From the NCBI GenBank assembly GCA_017513085.1, contig JAFWDK010000023.1, positions 24,343-88,342 on the forward strand: a stretch of 64,000 nucleotides of DNA, written 5' to 3'. Below are positions 39,857 to 49,900 of this stretch, one piece after another. Origin of the DNA: Clostridiales bacterium (GTDB taxonomy: Bacteria; Bacillota; Clostridia; Saccharofermentanales; Saccharofermentanaceae). Both the position numbers and the translations under genes were made by a program. Position 1 is the stretch's first letter, and every line of letters starts with the position of its first letter. The notes beneath the pieces were generated by a model. It ran no database searches. It saw only the letters and a program-made list of their open reading frames with translations, and was not told the DNA's origin.

Positions 39857-40628
39857 CAGACACCTTCTTCGGACTGATCAAAGTTTTCAGGAACTCCGGC
39901 ATCTCTGCCGCCCGCTCCGAAGGGAAAGTCAGAAGCTTTCTGTCTTGACCCTCTTCCCGGACACAGACCATGATGACAGCCTCTTCCGGGCTGATCTTCG
40001 GAACAAATTTCTCTTTTTCTTTTTCCGGTCCTACTTCTTCAAAAGCACTTGGCCAATCGTAGGTATCGTTTATCTTTCCGGTGACGATCTCTTTTCCGAA
40101 TCGTCTCATCTGGATATACGTCGTATAGAAAGCATCTTTCGGGCACGCTGTCGTCCCCTCTTTATCGACCAGTTTACGGAAACGCTTCTTGGCAAAAGAA
40201 AAATAGTCCGTCTTTTTACAAACTACGACCATACCCGGATCAAGCACTGTCAGCATCTCTTTGTATTCGTCGATCATGCTGTCCATGATGACCAGACACT
40301 CGCTGCCCTGCTTTTTCATAAGATCCGAAAGTTCGGATGCCTCCACACCGGGCTCGATCAGATATGGAAATGCGCCGATCTTATTCAGTGCAAAGGTGCA
40401 AAAGAGTTTCTGAAGATTATCCGGAAGGCAGATCGTCACTACGGTCCGCTCCGAAACATTGCACTCTTCAAAAGCGGCAGCCAGAATATCTACTTCCGTC
40501 ATCACGTCCTCGTACGCAAAGTTTTCACCATCGAGTGAGACGGCCTTCGTCTCCGGGGATGTGTCCGCTATATTTCTCAATTGCTCATATATCGTCGGGA
40601 CAAGTATCTTTTCGGACTCTTCTTCCAT
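39846..40628 (-). CDS. Truncated, degenerate AMP-binding (acyl-CoA synthetase-like) N-terminal domain protein
   Basis: TIYEQL..AYEDV..LAAAF..VTICLPD..FALNKIGA matches the ANL N-terminus. The P-loop is degenerate and the protein ends at about 260 aa. The start may be 40628 or 40691. Confidence 0.65.
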   Translation of the reverse strand: MEEESEKILVPTIYEQLRNIADTSPETKAVSLDGENFAYEDVMTEVDILAAAFEECNVSERTVVTICLPDNLQKLFCTFALNKIGAFPYLIEPGVEASELSDLMKKQGSECLVIMDSMIDEYKEMLTVLDPGMVVVCKKTDYFSFAKKRFRKLVDKEGTTACPKDAFYTTYIQMRRFGKEIVTGKINDTYDWPSAFEEVGPEKEKEKFVPKISPEEAVIMVCVREEGQDRKLLTFPSERAAEMPEFLKTLISPKKVSDAE

Positions 40629-40795
40629 TCCTTTTCCTCGCGTTTTCTGCGCATCAAACCTCTGCACTAAGATCTTTTGTATTTTACTCAATTTCGCTTA
40701 AAAAAGGAATAGCAAGATGATATCATTAAGAGTACCGATACCAGGCAAAGAAGGAGGCGGGTCCTTTTTTTTGAAGCACCCGTCCAGGTGAATAT

Positions 40796-42172
40796 ATGGC
40801 CAAGAAAAAATCTACTTTTGTTTGCAGGAACTGCGGATACGAGACCTCCGGCTGGATGGGAAAGTGTCCTTCCTGTCAGCAGTACAACACTTTTGACGAA
40901 GTGAAAGAGGAACGGGTGATGCCGGAATCCGCCAAGCCATCCTTGAAGGCGGGCTGGATCGCCGAGCGAGGCACATCGAAGCTCTCCGAAGTTTCCAAAG
41001 AAGAGGAGCCGCGCTTTTCTTCCGGTATCAGCGAGCTGGACAGGATCCTTGGCGGCGGTTTTGTGGAAGGTTCCCTGACATTGGTCGGTGGTGATCCGGG
41101 CATCGGTAAATCCACTCTTCTCATGCAGGTATCCGGCGCCGCAAATGTTTCCGGCGAGATCCTTTATGTTTCCGGAGAGGAATCCAAATCCCAGATCCGT
41201 ATGCGCGCTGACCGTCTCGGCATCTCACGGGACAGCATCTCCCTTTGTTCCCAGACATCTTTCGAGCATATCTCCGACCTGATCACGGAGAGAAAGCCGG
41301 GGCTATGCATTATCGACTCGATTCAGACGTTATATAGCGAAGAGATCGCGTCCGCGCCCGGCTCGGTGACACAGACCCGTGAAGTCACGGCCGGTCTTCT
41401 CCGCCTGGCGAAGTCATTAAATGTACCGATCGTGCTGGTGGGTCATGTCACCAAAGATGGTGCGATTGCCGGTCCGCGCATCATCGAGCATATGGTAGAT
41501 ACCGTGCTCTACTTCGAGGGAGACGGTTCTTCTTCCTTGCGCATGCTCCGCGCGACGAAGAACCGTTTCGGCGCTACCGGTGAAATGGCTTTCTTTGAAA
41601 TGACGCAGTTGGGCCTTAAGTGTGTCGAGAACGCTTCTGCCCTGCTTCTTTCCGGACGTCCGCATATGGCTCCCGGATCCGTGATCACCGCGGTCGTCGA
41701 GGGCACTCGCGCGATCCTTCTGGAGATCCAGGCGCTGATGTCTCCGACGGCATACTCCAATCCGCAGCGCATGACGCAGGGTCTGGACAGAAATCGTGTT
41801 TCCATGCTTCTCGCCGTTTTGGAGAGCAAGTGCCGCGTAGGCATCTCCAATATGGATGCATACATAAATGTTGTCGGCGGCATGCGCATCGATGAAACAG
41901 CCTGTGATCTGGCCATTCTCTGTGCAGTCTTCTCTTCCTTCTCCGGAAAACCATTACGTGAGAACACTCTGGTCCTCGGAGAAGTCGGACTTACCGGGGA
42001 ACTTCGTCCGGTAAGCGATCTGGAAAAACGTGTTTCCGATGCGGCTCGTCTCGGCTTTTCCGCATGTGTCCTGCCCGGCGCATCCAAAAGCGCTGCCGAG
42101 CGTCTGCCTGTAAAAATCGAATATGTCTATGTCGACCGGCTTTCCGAAGCCATCGATATTCTTTTCTCATGA
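40796..42172 (+). CDS. radA: DNA repair protein RadA/Sms
   Basis: C4 zinc finger, GGDPGIGKST, KNRFG, GEVGLTGE. Confidence 0.97.
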   Translation: MAKKKSTFVCRNCGYETSGWMGKCPSCQQYNTFDEVKEERVMPESAKPSLKAGWIAERGTSKLSEVSKEEEPRFSSGISELDRILGGGFVEGSLTLVGGDPGIGKSTLLMQVSGAANVSGEILYVSGEESKSQIRMRADRLGISRDSISLCSQTSFEHISDLITERKPGLCIIDSIQTLYSEEIASAPGSVTQTREVTAGLLRLAKSLNVPIVLVGHVTKDGAIAGPRIIEHMVDTVLYFEGDGSSSLRMLRATKNRFGATGEMAFFEMTQLGLKCVENASALLLSGRPHMAPGSVITAVVEGTRAILLEIQALMSPTAYSNPQRMTQGLDRNRVSMLLAVLESKCRVGISNMDAYINVVGGMRIDETACDLAILCAVFSSFSGKPLRENTLVLGEVGLTGELRPVSDLEKRVSDAARLGFSACVLPGASKSAAERLPVKIEYVYVDRLSEAIDILFS

Positions 42173-42184
42173 GGAGGATCTACT

Positions 42185-42970
42185 ATGCAGCCTATCACTT
42201 TACCTTATACTCCGGTCATCCTGCAGCAGGACTTGTACGTGATCATTCCCGCAGCCGGGATGGGAACCCGAATGGGACTTTCCGAAAGCAAACAGTTTCT
42301 GAAGATCCAAGGGATCCCCGTGCTGGCGCGTACGCTTCTTGCTTTCGCCGGATTTCAGGAAAATTTCCGCAAAAAGGTACACGTTATCGTGGTCACGAAT
42401 CCGGATAATATCGAGCGCGTGTCCGGGCTTTGCCGGGAATATCACTGCGATCATGTCGAGAAAATCATTCCCGGAGGAGAAACACGCCAGGATTCAGTAG
42501 CCGCCGGGATCCGTGCTTTGGAAGGACTGTCACGTCCGCCGCTTCCCATCGACATCGTTTTTATTCATGACGGCGCACGCTGCCTCATCGACGAAGATAC
42601 CCTCGAGAAGTGCTTCTTGGGTGGCGTCGCATACGATGTCTGTGTAACCGGCACACCTTGCAAGAACACGATCAAGAGCATCGTGCCAGGACAAGCGGAA
42701 AGTGCGGATGATGCGCCTGTCGTCGATAAGACGCTTGACCGTTCGACACTCTACGAAGTGCAGACACCGCAAGTATTTAAATATTCCGTTCTGAAAGATG
42801 TTTCTGAAAAAGCAGAAGTTTCCGGCATTCAGGCTACCGACGATACTGCGCTTGCCGAAGCGCTGGGCATCCCGGTCCACATGATCGCCGGTTCTTACCA
42901 AAATATAAAAATCACGACGCCGGAAGACGCCGTGATCGCTGAATACTTTTTATCGTCAGGTAATGCCTGA
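42185..42970 (+). CDS. ispD: 2-C-methyl-D-erythritol 4-phosphate cytidylyltransferase
   Basis: PAAGMGTRMG..KQFL, GGETRQDSV, IHDGAR, VQTPQ, TDD, NIKITTPED. Confidence 0.94.
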   Translation: MQPITLPYTPVILQQDLYVIIPAAGMGTRMGLSESKQFLKIQGIPVLARTLLAFAGFQENFRKKVHVIVVTNPDNIERVSGLCREYHCDHVEKIIPGGETRQDSVAAGIRALEGLSRPPLPIDIVFIHDGARCLIDEDTLEKCFLGGVAYDVCVTGTPCKNTIKSIVPGQAESADDAPVVDKTLDRSTLYEVQTPQVFKYSVLKDVSEKAEVSGIQATDDTALAEALGIPVHMIAGSYQNIKITTPEDAVIAEYFLSSGNA

Positions 42971-43014
42971 TCCCGGGATCCAGGGACATTACGGGTTACG
43001 GGTTCACGAAGAAC

Positions 43015-43548
43015 TCAGGTTTCCATCTCCGGTCTTCGCATGGTAACGGAGCAGAATACCATGATGCCGTCGCCCTCACCGAAACGGGAAAGATGTTCTC
43101 CGGATGTGGCCGTAATACCGATCCGGTCCGAATCAATGCCGGTCAATTCACCGATGCGCATCTTCATGGGCCCGATCTTTGCCGCCATCTTCGGCTTCAG
43201 CGCCTCAATGCTGATAGAGATATGCGTCAGTTCCCAACCTTTTTCCGAAGCAAAAGAAAGTGCTTTTGCCAAATAGGCGGAACTGTCTTTGATCCCCTGG
43301 TCACGACACATATTGTCCGCGATCGTGCCCAGGATATTTACACCGGATACACCTGAGATCGCATTGGTCAGGGCATGCAGGACTACATCGCCATCACTGT
43401 TGGCCACTAAGGGGGTCTCTCCTTCGAACACCACGCCGCCCAAGATCAGTTGTTTCGGCCAGGCATCGGCTTTTTTCGATTGCCTTTCACAAGGCTGGAG
43501 AAAACGATGACTATCCTGTCCGATTCCGTTTGCGTATTCATACTGCAT
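43015..43548 (-). CDS. ispF: 2-C-methyl-D-erythritol 2,4-cyclodiphosphate synthase
   Basis: GIGQDSHRF, LILGGV, NSDGDVVLHALTNA, ITATSGE. Confidence 0.9.
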   Translation of the reverse strand: MQYEYANGIGQDSHRFLQPCERQSKKADAWPKQLILGGVVFEGETPLVANSDGDVVLHALTNAISGVSGVNILGTIADNMCRDQGIKDSSAYLAKALSFASEKGWELTHISISIEALKPKMAAKIGPMKMRIGELTGIDSDRIGITATSGEHLSRFGEGDGIMVFCSVTMRRPEMET

Positions 43549-43607
43549 ACTGTATATCCGCCTTTTCTAATCTGTTTTACGCGTTTCCATTATATCACAG
43601 GGGGCAG

Positions 43608-44162
43608 CTACTTGACCTGTGCCAGGATCCAGTTTGCCAGATCCGAGGCTGTCCACTCATCGCGCTCGCTTCCGTTAAAGCGGGCGGACTGCACACCATT
43701 ACGGATAATGATCGCTTCCGGCATGGATTCGATCTTATACGCTTTTGAAACATCCTTTTCCGCCAGACCATCGATCGTGACGATCAGGACTTTCTCGTGG
43801 TATTGTTCGACCAGTTCTTCGATGCAGGCGAAAAGGCCGTACACGTCAGCGTGCATACCGGAATAAAAGAGGTAACAGACCGGGATCGGGCAGGTCTTGA
43901 CCAGAGCATCCAGGTCCGTGACCTGACGGTACAGCACTCCCGGCATTTCTTCGCCGTCCGGGGTTTCGAAGACCATGGCACTGATCGTACAATCATAGTA
44001 GTAGTCGCCCAGGTATTTGTGGTAATCCCCCAGGTCTTTGTTCTTCGCGTTATCACTGCTGCACGCGCAAAAAAAGCCTGATATGCCGACTACCAGGAGC
44101 AGGCATATCAAGCTTCTTATTCTGTTTCGAAACGAACCGCGCATCTCGTACGACCTGTTCAT
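43608..44162 (-). CDS. Thioredoxin-fold lipoprotein lacking CxxC
   Basis: Lipobox FCAC. The C-terminal half follows the Trx pattern (PV..LFY..IEELVEQY..VTID..YKIESMP..IRNG). Confidence 0.65.
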   Translation of the reverse strand: MNRSYEMRGSFRNRIRSLICLLLVVGISGFFCACSSDNAKNKDLGDYHKYLGDYYYDCTISAMVFETPDGEEMPGVLYRQVTDLDALVKTCPIPVCYLFYSGMHADVYGLFACIEELVEQYHEKVLIVTIDGLAEKDVSKAYKIESMPEAIIIRNGVQSARFNGSERDEWTASDLANWILAQVK

Positions 44163-45013
44163 TCGCCGAGCATCTTCTCAACAAATTCCACAGTGCCGGA
44201 AAGAATGTCGGAAGGTACTTTTTCAATATGACCTTCGTCAACAAGTGCCGTAATATCCGGATCAAGCGGCAACTTGTCCAGAAGCGGAACACCCAGTTCG
44301 GTCGCAGCCTTCTGAACTTTTCCCTCTTCACCGAAAAGCGGCGTCTTCTCGCCACAATGCTTGCAGACTGTATAGCTCATGTTCTCGATGAAGCCGTAGA
44401 CCTTCACCTTCATGAGCAGCGCCATGTTGCGGGCCTTATTCACGATCATGGAAACAAGGTCTTGCGGTGTGGAAACAAGGAAGATACCATCCAGCGGAAT
44501 AGACTGGAATACGGTAAGCGGAACATCTCCGGTTCCCGGTGGCATATCGATGAGCATAACATCGATGTTATCCCAGATCACATCGGACCAGAATTGTTTT
44601 ACTACTCCGGAAATGACCGGACCACGCCATACTACCGGCGCCTCTTCATTCTCCATGACCAGGTTGACCGAGACGATCTGGATTCCGGAATGAGATACTT
44701 TCGGCAGAATACCGTTCTCATCTCCGCGGAGCTGACCTTTCAGGCCAAAAGCTTTCGGAATGGAAGGACCGGTTACATCCGCGTCCAAAATACCTACGCG
44801 ATATCCGTCTCTGGCAAGTCTTGCCGCAAGAACACTGGTAACGAAGGATTTACCGACTCCGCCCTTACCGCTGCATACACCGATGACTTTCTTGACGCTG
44901 GACTTCTCATGAAGAGGAGCGATCAAGGACTCCTGCTCGGAAGAATCGCAGGAACCACCGGCACTGGCAGAAGGACAAGAATCTTTTGATTTACAGGCAT
45001 CACAAGAACCCAT
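44159..45013 (-). CDS. Mrp/ApbC/NBP35 family Fe-S cluster carrier ATPase
   Basis: SGKGGVGKS, DADVTGPSIP, DMPPGTGD, ENMS..CKHC, Cys-rich N-terminus. Confidence 0.93.
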   Translation of the reverse strand: MGSCDACKSKDSCPSASAGGSCDSSEQESLIAPLHEKSSVKKVIGVCSGKGGVGKSFVTSVLAARLARDGYRVGILDADVTGPSIPKAFGLKGQLRGDENGILPKVSHSGIQIVSVNLVMENEEAPVVWRGPVISGVVKQFWSDVIWDNIDVMLIDMPPGTGDVPLTVFQSIPLDGIFLVSTPQDLVSMIVNKARNMALLMKVKVYGFIENMSYTVCKHCGEKTPLFGEEGKVQKAATELGVPLLDKLPLDPDITALVDEGHIEKVPSDILSGTVEFVEKMLGE

Positions 45014-45173
45014 ATACTTCACCTCAATTATTTGCTGTATTGTTCAGATCCACACGTGAGTGATCTACACTCCGCGCCTAAAGGTGTATTGTACGCTATG
45101 GGGAGAAGAAAAGCAAATATCGGGGCAACAGAGATTTTTGATCTGCACACTGCCCCGGCGCGAAAAAACGGAG

Positions 45174-45782
45174 TCATTTCACCGCCTTGAGTATCCAGTA
45201 TCCTGACTCTTTCGCAATTACTTCGCAATTTCCGAACTTTTCGAGGAGATATTTCTCAGACGAAGGCGCCCCCTGCTTCTTCTGTAGCACGACATAAAGC
45301 CAACCGCCCTCCGAAAGATGCTCCCATGCGCCGTCATAAAAAGCGAAAACAGTCTGCTTGCCCGCACGGACCGGCGGATTGGTCAATACCAGGTCAAAGG
45401 CACCTTCCACGGAGGCGCAGCCGTCCGACTGGTGTACGTCCACACATTTCACGCTGTTGTTCTCTGCGTTTTCTTTAGCCAGTCCGAGCGCCCTCTGGTT
45501 AATGTCCACCATAGTCACTTCCATTGACGGGAACACACGCTTCATGATGATGCCGATCGGTCCGTAGCCGCAACCCAGATCCAGAAGTTTTCCCTTCTTG
45601 CGTCCATGCTCCGAAAGGTCGGAGATCGCCGTCTCCAGCAAGACTCTCGACCCGAAATCCAGGAACTTCTTGGAGAACACTTCGGAATCGGTGGCAAAGT
45701 AAAAATCCATGCCATGCATACGCACCTGGATCAAATGCCGATCCGACTCACCTTGCGGGTTTTCTTCGTAATAATGTGCCAA
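45174..45782 (-). CDS. Class I SAM-dependent methyltransferase (RsmC/YbxB-like)
   Basis: VFSKKFLDFGSRVL, LDLGCGYGPIG, TNPPVRAGK, KKQGAPS. TTG start inferred from the GGAGG RBS. Confidence 0.9.
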   Translation of the reverse strand: MAHYYEENPQGESDRHLIQVRMHGMDFYFATDSEVFSKKFLDFGSRVLLETAISDLSEHGRKKGKLLDLGCGYGPIGIIMKRVFPSMEVTMVDINQRALGLAKENAENNSVKCVDVHQSDGCASVEGAFDLVLTNPPVRAGKQTVFAFYDGAWEHLSEGGWLYVVLQKKQGAPSSEKYLLEKFGNCEVIAKESGYWILKAVK

Positions 45783-45806
45783 AAGCACTCTCCTCCAAAC
45801 TTCGTC

Positions 45807-46307
45807 TTATTCTTCGATCTTTTCGAAACGGTGTACGCCGTCACCCACTATTTCCAGCCACATGGAAGCGGGTCTTACCCAGATCCGGTAGGGAGGCTGA
45901 AGTCCGCGATAGACCACCATCCAGTCCTTGTTCTCCGTATTCCGGCCGACACCGAGCACTTCGTAAGTGTTGCCCTTATAATGGCGATACTTTCCTTGCG
46001 AAAAACCGGCATATTCCACGACCGCGTCTGCCGCCTGATGCCGCACCGTATCATTCTCGGCCTGTGACAAGACCGAAAGCTGGAGCAAAGCCTCCTGGCA
46101 GATCACCTGTTTCAGACAAGGGATAAGAAGCAGATTCCACTCCGGTTCTTTTTCCTCCACGACACGGGCAAGATCATTCCAATCCGCCTCACTGTATGCC
46201 TGAAGATCCGTCACGATCTTCTTCTCGATCGAAGCTCTTCTTTCAGCTTCCGTGGTCGCGGCAAGTTCCTGAATCTTTTTGTCCAGCCATTCAATACTCG
46301 GCAGCAT
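45807..46307 (-). CDS. DUF1653 domain protein with helical N-terminal extension
   Basis: C-terminal GKYRHYKGNTYEV..MVVYRGL..WVRPASMW..RF. Confidence 0.8.
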   Translation of the reverse strand: MLPSIEWLDKKIQELAATTEAERRASIEKKIVTDLQAYSEADWNDLARVVEEKEPEWNLLLIPCLKQVICQEALLQLSVLSQAENDTVRHQAADAVVEYAGFSQGKYRHYKGNTYEVLGVGRNTENKDWMVVYRGLQPPYRIWVRPASMWLEIVGDGVHRFEKIEE

Positions 46308-46345
46308 CTTCTCACCCCCAATAATGTCTTTTCCTGATAACGTCC

Positions 46346-46933
46346 TTACGGGATCATGTATTCCAGTGAAACGATCGAATTATCCTTTAATGTTACCAGA
46401 AGTACCGACGTACCTCTCTTAAATGTCATCGTCACATCCGTTGACTCATCCGGCTCACCATACTTGGTCTTCGCATCGTCAGCACTCATGCCGATCTCCA
46501 GTCCCTCCGGTGTTTTCACCAGATCCGAAGTGATCAGGACATCCGACACATAACAAGTGTCGCTGCCCTTCGCCTGGTAGGTCGTCAGTACCATGTTGGT
46601 GTAAGTATAAACATGATCTGTGCCATCGTGCGCGCAGGACGGCACGTCCAGACTTGACTTTGCCTCTCCCAGAGAAGCGAGCAGAGCTTCTGTATCGGTC
46701 GATCCCAGAAGGATGTCCGTGTTTTCATACTTGAACGTAAAGTTTCCTGTTGTATCCAGCGTAACCTCGACACTTCCGGAAGATTCACCGGATGTCTGCG
46801 CATTCTCCGCTGTAGTACCCGCAGTGGTTTCCGCCGCGGAAGATTTTGTGCCTGACACAGTCTTACTGTCCGAGCACGCTGTCATGCCCAAAGCCAGCAC
46901 CAGTGTCAGTACCAAAGAGCCAATTTTCTTCAT
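46346..46933 (-). CDS. Lipoprotein, hypothetical
   Basis: Lipobox MTAC, S/T-rich linker, KTPEGLEIGMS..YGEP motif. Confidence 0.7.
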   Translation of the reverse strand: MKKIGSLVLTLVLALGMTACSDSKTVSGTKSSAAETTAGTTAENAQTSGESSGSVEVTLDTTGNFTFKYENTDILLGSTDTEALLASLGEAKSSLDVPSCAHDGTDHVYTYTNMVLTTYQAKGSDTCYVSDVLITSDLVKTPEGLEIGMSADDAKTKYGEPDESTDVTMTFKRGTSVLLVTLKDNSIVSLEYMIP

Positions 46934-46999
46934 GTGTTTCTCTCCATAGTTTTTCGTTTATTGTCGCATTTTTGAGAACGACTTTCAATCACGGATCTG

Positions 47000-49900
47000 T
47001 CACTTTCCTTCCTTGTCATCCTCATTCTGCTCCTGTGCCTTATGGATATTGCTGATATCTTCGAAAGTACCTCCGCCGTTGTCATCCTCCGCACGGAACT
47101 CACCTTTTTCCACCAGCCGCAGGAACGCATCGACCACATCCGACGTCAGTTGTGTACCGGAGACCTCACGGATGATCGAGATCGCTTTATCAAAATTCAT
47201 GCGTTTTCTGTACGGACGATCCGAATACATCGCGTCAAAAGTATCCGCCACGGCAATGATCTGCGCCACACGCGGGATCTCCTCTCCCGAAATGCCTTTC
47301 GGATAACCACGGCCATCCGGACGTTCGTGATGGTCACGCGCGCCGATCGCCAGTTCCGGCATGATGCTGATATCCTTCAATACGTTATAACCTTTTCCGG
47401 AATGGGACTTGATCTCCTTAAACTCCTCATCGGTCAGCCGGCCGGGTTTATTCAAAGTCTCGATGGAAATACCCACCTTGCCGATATCGTGGAGGAGGGC
47501 AATGTTATAGTATTTCTCCACCGTCTCCTCATCGTAACCGAGTTCACGCGCAAGTTTCGCCGTATATTCGGCCACGCGAGTCGAGTGACCGTTTGTATAA
47601 CGGTCCTTCATATCGATTACTTTGGCAAAAGCTTCGACGATCTCGCGGATCAAGAGTTTCTGTTCTGCGGACTTTTTCTTGAGTTTCTCGATTTTTTTGC
47701 GGATAAAGATCGCGGTAAAAAGTACAGTCAGGAATATCACGAAACAAATACCCAGGAGATTAAACCAGCGCGTCTCGATCACCGCCACTCTCTTATGGAT
47801 CTGCACGGTCAGTTCTTTTTGCACATCACCGTGAGAATTCAAAAGCTGCAAACGGAACGTGTATTTTCCTCCACTGAGATTGGTATAATCGATCGGCTTG
47901 ATCTCACTTCTGCGGAGCGTGGTCGGAGTGCGGTCAAATCCCTCCAGAGAGTATGTCAACATAGGATCGACCAGCGAATAGTTAAAGCAATAGACATAGA
48001 TCGTCGTTTTCTGCGCATGCGGCTGTAATGTGAAAGCACCATCATGATCCGGATAGATCTTTTCTCCATCCACCTCAATATATGGTACAGAAATCAGAAT
48101 ATCGTCATCCACATCTTTACTTTCATCGATATTGGTCAGCACCACGCCGCTCGATCCGCTGATATAAAGGTCTCCGTTCTCCATAAGATCACTATAGGAG
48201 TTGGATGTGGCATAGCACGACAAGCCGTTTCTCATTCCATAGAAGAACGTCTGGATCTCTTCGTTTTTGATCATCGTTTCAGTACTGGTCACATATATTC
48301 CGTTACTGCTCAATACCCATATATCATCCGCCTTGTTCTGGTATATGTCGAAGTTGTTGGAATACGGGAAATTCTTGATCGTGATGACCTCGTAGTCCGA
48401 ATTCAGGTAAGCAATCGAATTACTGGTCACGACCCAGTACAGATCGCGGCGATGGTCCTTCTTGATGCGCATCACGACATCCGATCTCAGACCGTTGTCG
48501 GTATTGATATGCTTTACCCCGGAACCGGACAGCACATAGATACCGTCGCCGTCAGTTCCGATAAGGAAATCGCCGTTTTGAGCCTGGATCACGGTCAGGA
48601 TCTCGTCGTTATGGACGCCTTCGTTCTCGGAGTATACCTTCTCCACTTTGTTTCCGGAAACAATCGCCACACCACCCGTACAAGCTACGGCAAAAGCACC
48701 GTCCGCGCATTCGTATACCGTTCTTACACGGTTTGACGGAAGACCTTGGTCCATATCGAACACGACCGCGTTCCGGCCATCATAGCGCACAAGCGGATAT
48801 TCGCCAAATGAAGAGATCCAAAGGTTATTCTTAGAATCTCTTATGATGGATCGGATCTTCGATGTGGATAATAGTTTGATCAGGTCTTTCTCGGGCAGTT
48901 CCCCTCCGGATGCGTACACCGCTTGGGAAAGCGGTATCGAATCCACGATCGATCTGTTTTCCATAATAACCAGACCAGATGTCTTCGTGCCGATGAAAAG
49001 GCGGTCATTGTACATACAGGTCGAATATACAACATCGTTTTTCAGATCGTACTGTTCGTAAAGATTGCAGAAGCGGTTGGGCACGATCTTCATGACACCC
49101 TGCTGGGAAGAGACGAACCAGAGATTCTTCTGGTAATCGTCCATCATGCCTTCGATGGAAGTCGTCATCGGTATGTTTTCAAGCGGGATACATTTCCCGT
49201 CCGAAATACGACCGATGCCATTGTCGGTGCAGACCCAAATTTCCTCTCCGAGTTTTTGAATGGCATTAACGTATCCCAGAGGCGCAATATCGGCAATTGG
49301 TTCGGAGAATCCTTCAGACAGCAATCCGTAGTAGACCTGGGAACCTTTCGTCGCGCAATAGATATGATCCGGGTTTTCCGGATCCGGAAGGATCGCATGA
49401 ATGTCCGAAACACCCAGATCCTTAGGGGTTTTATACGATGTCAGCTCGCCGTCGCGCAGCGTAAAGATCGTTCCGTCGATCGTTAATGCGTAGATGGTAT
49501 TGTCCTGTCCGAGTTTGATCTGGCGGACATAGGCCCCCTTGATCTGCGGCGCATCCGCGCTCCGGATATTCATATTCCGGTCCACGATCGCCACGCCCTC
49601 CGTGGTCGCCAGATAGATCATACCGTTCTCGTCTTCCGCGATATCCTTTATCGAGAGAGACTGAAGGCCGTTCTGTTTATTAAAAATGTACCATTTTTCT
49701 CTTTCCAGCACACCCACACCGTTGTCGTTTGTGCCGACCCACAAGCGGTTCCGGGAATCGACGAACAACGTTACCACACTCGTGATCTGAGTTTTCGCTG
49801 AATCGATGCGCTCAAAGGTGTTTCCGTCATAGCGGATCAGACCGCTATAACTGCCGATCCACAAAAATCCGTCCGGAGTCTGCACGATCGCATTTGCTTC

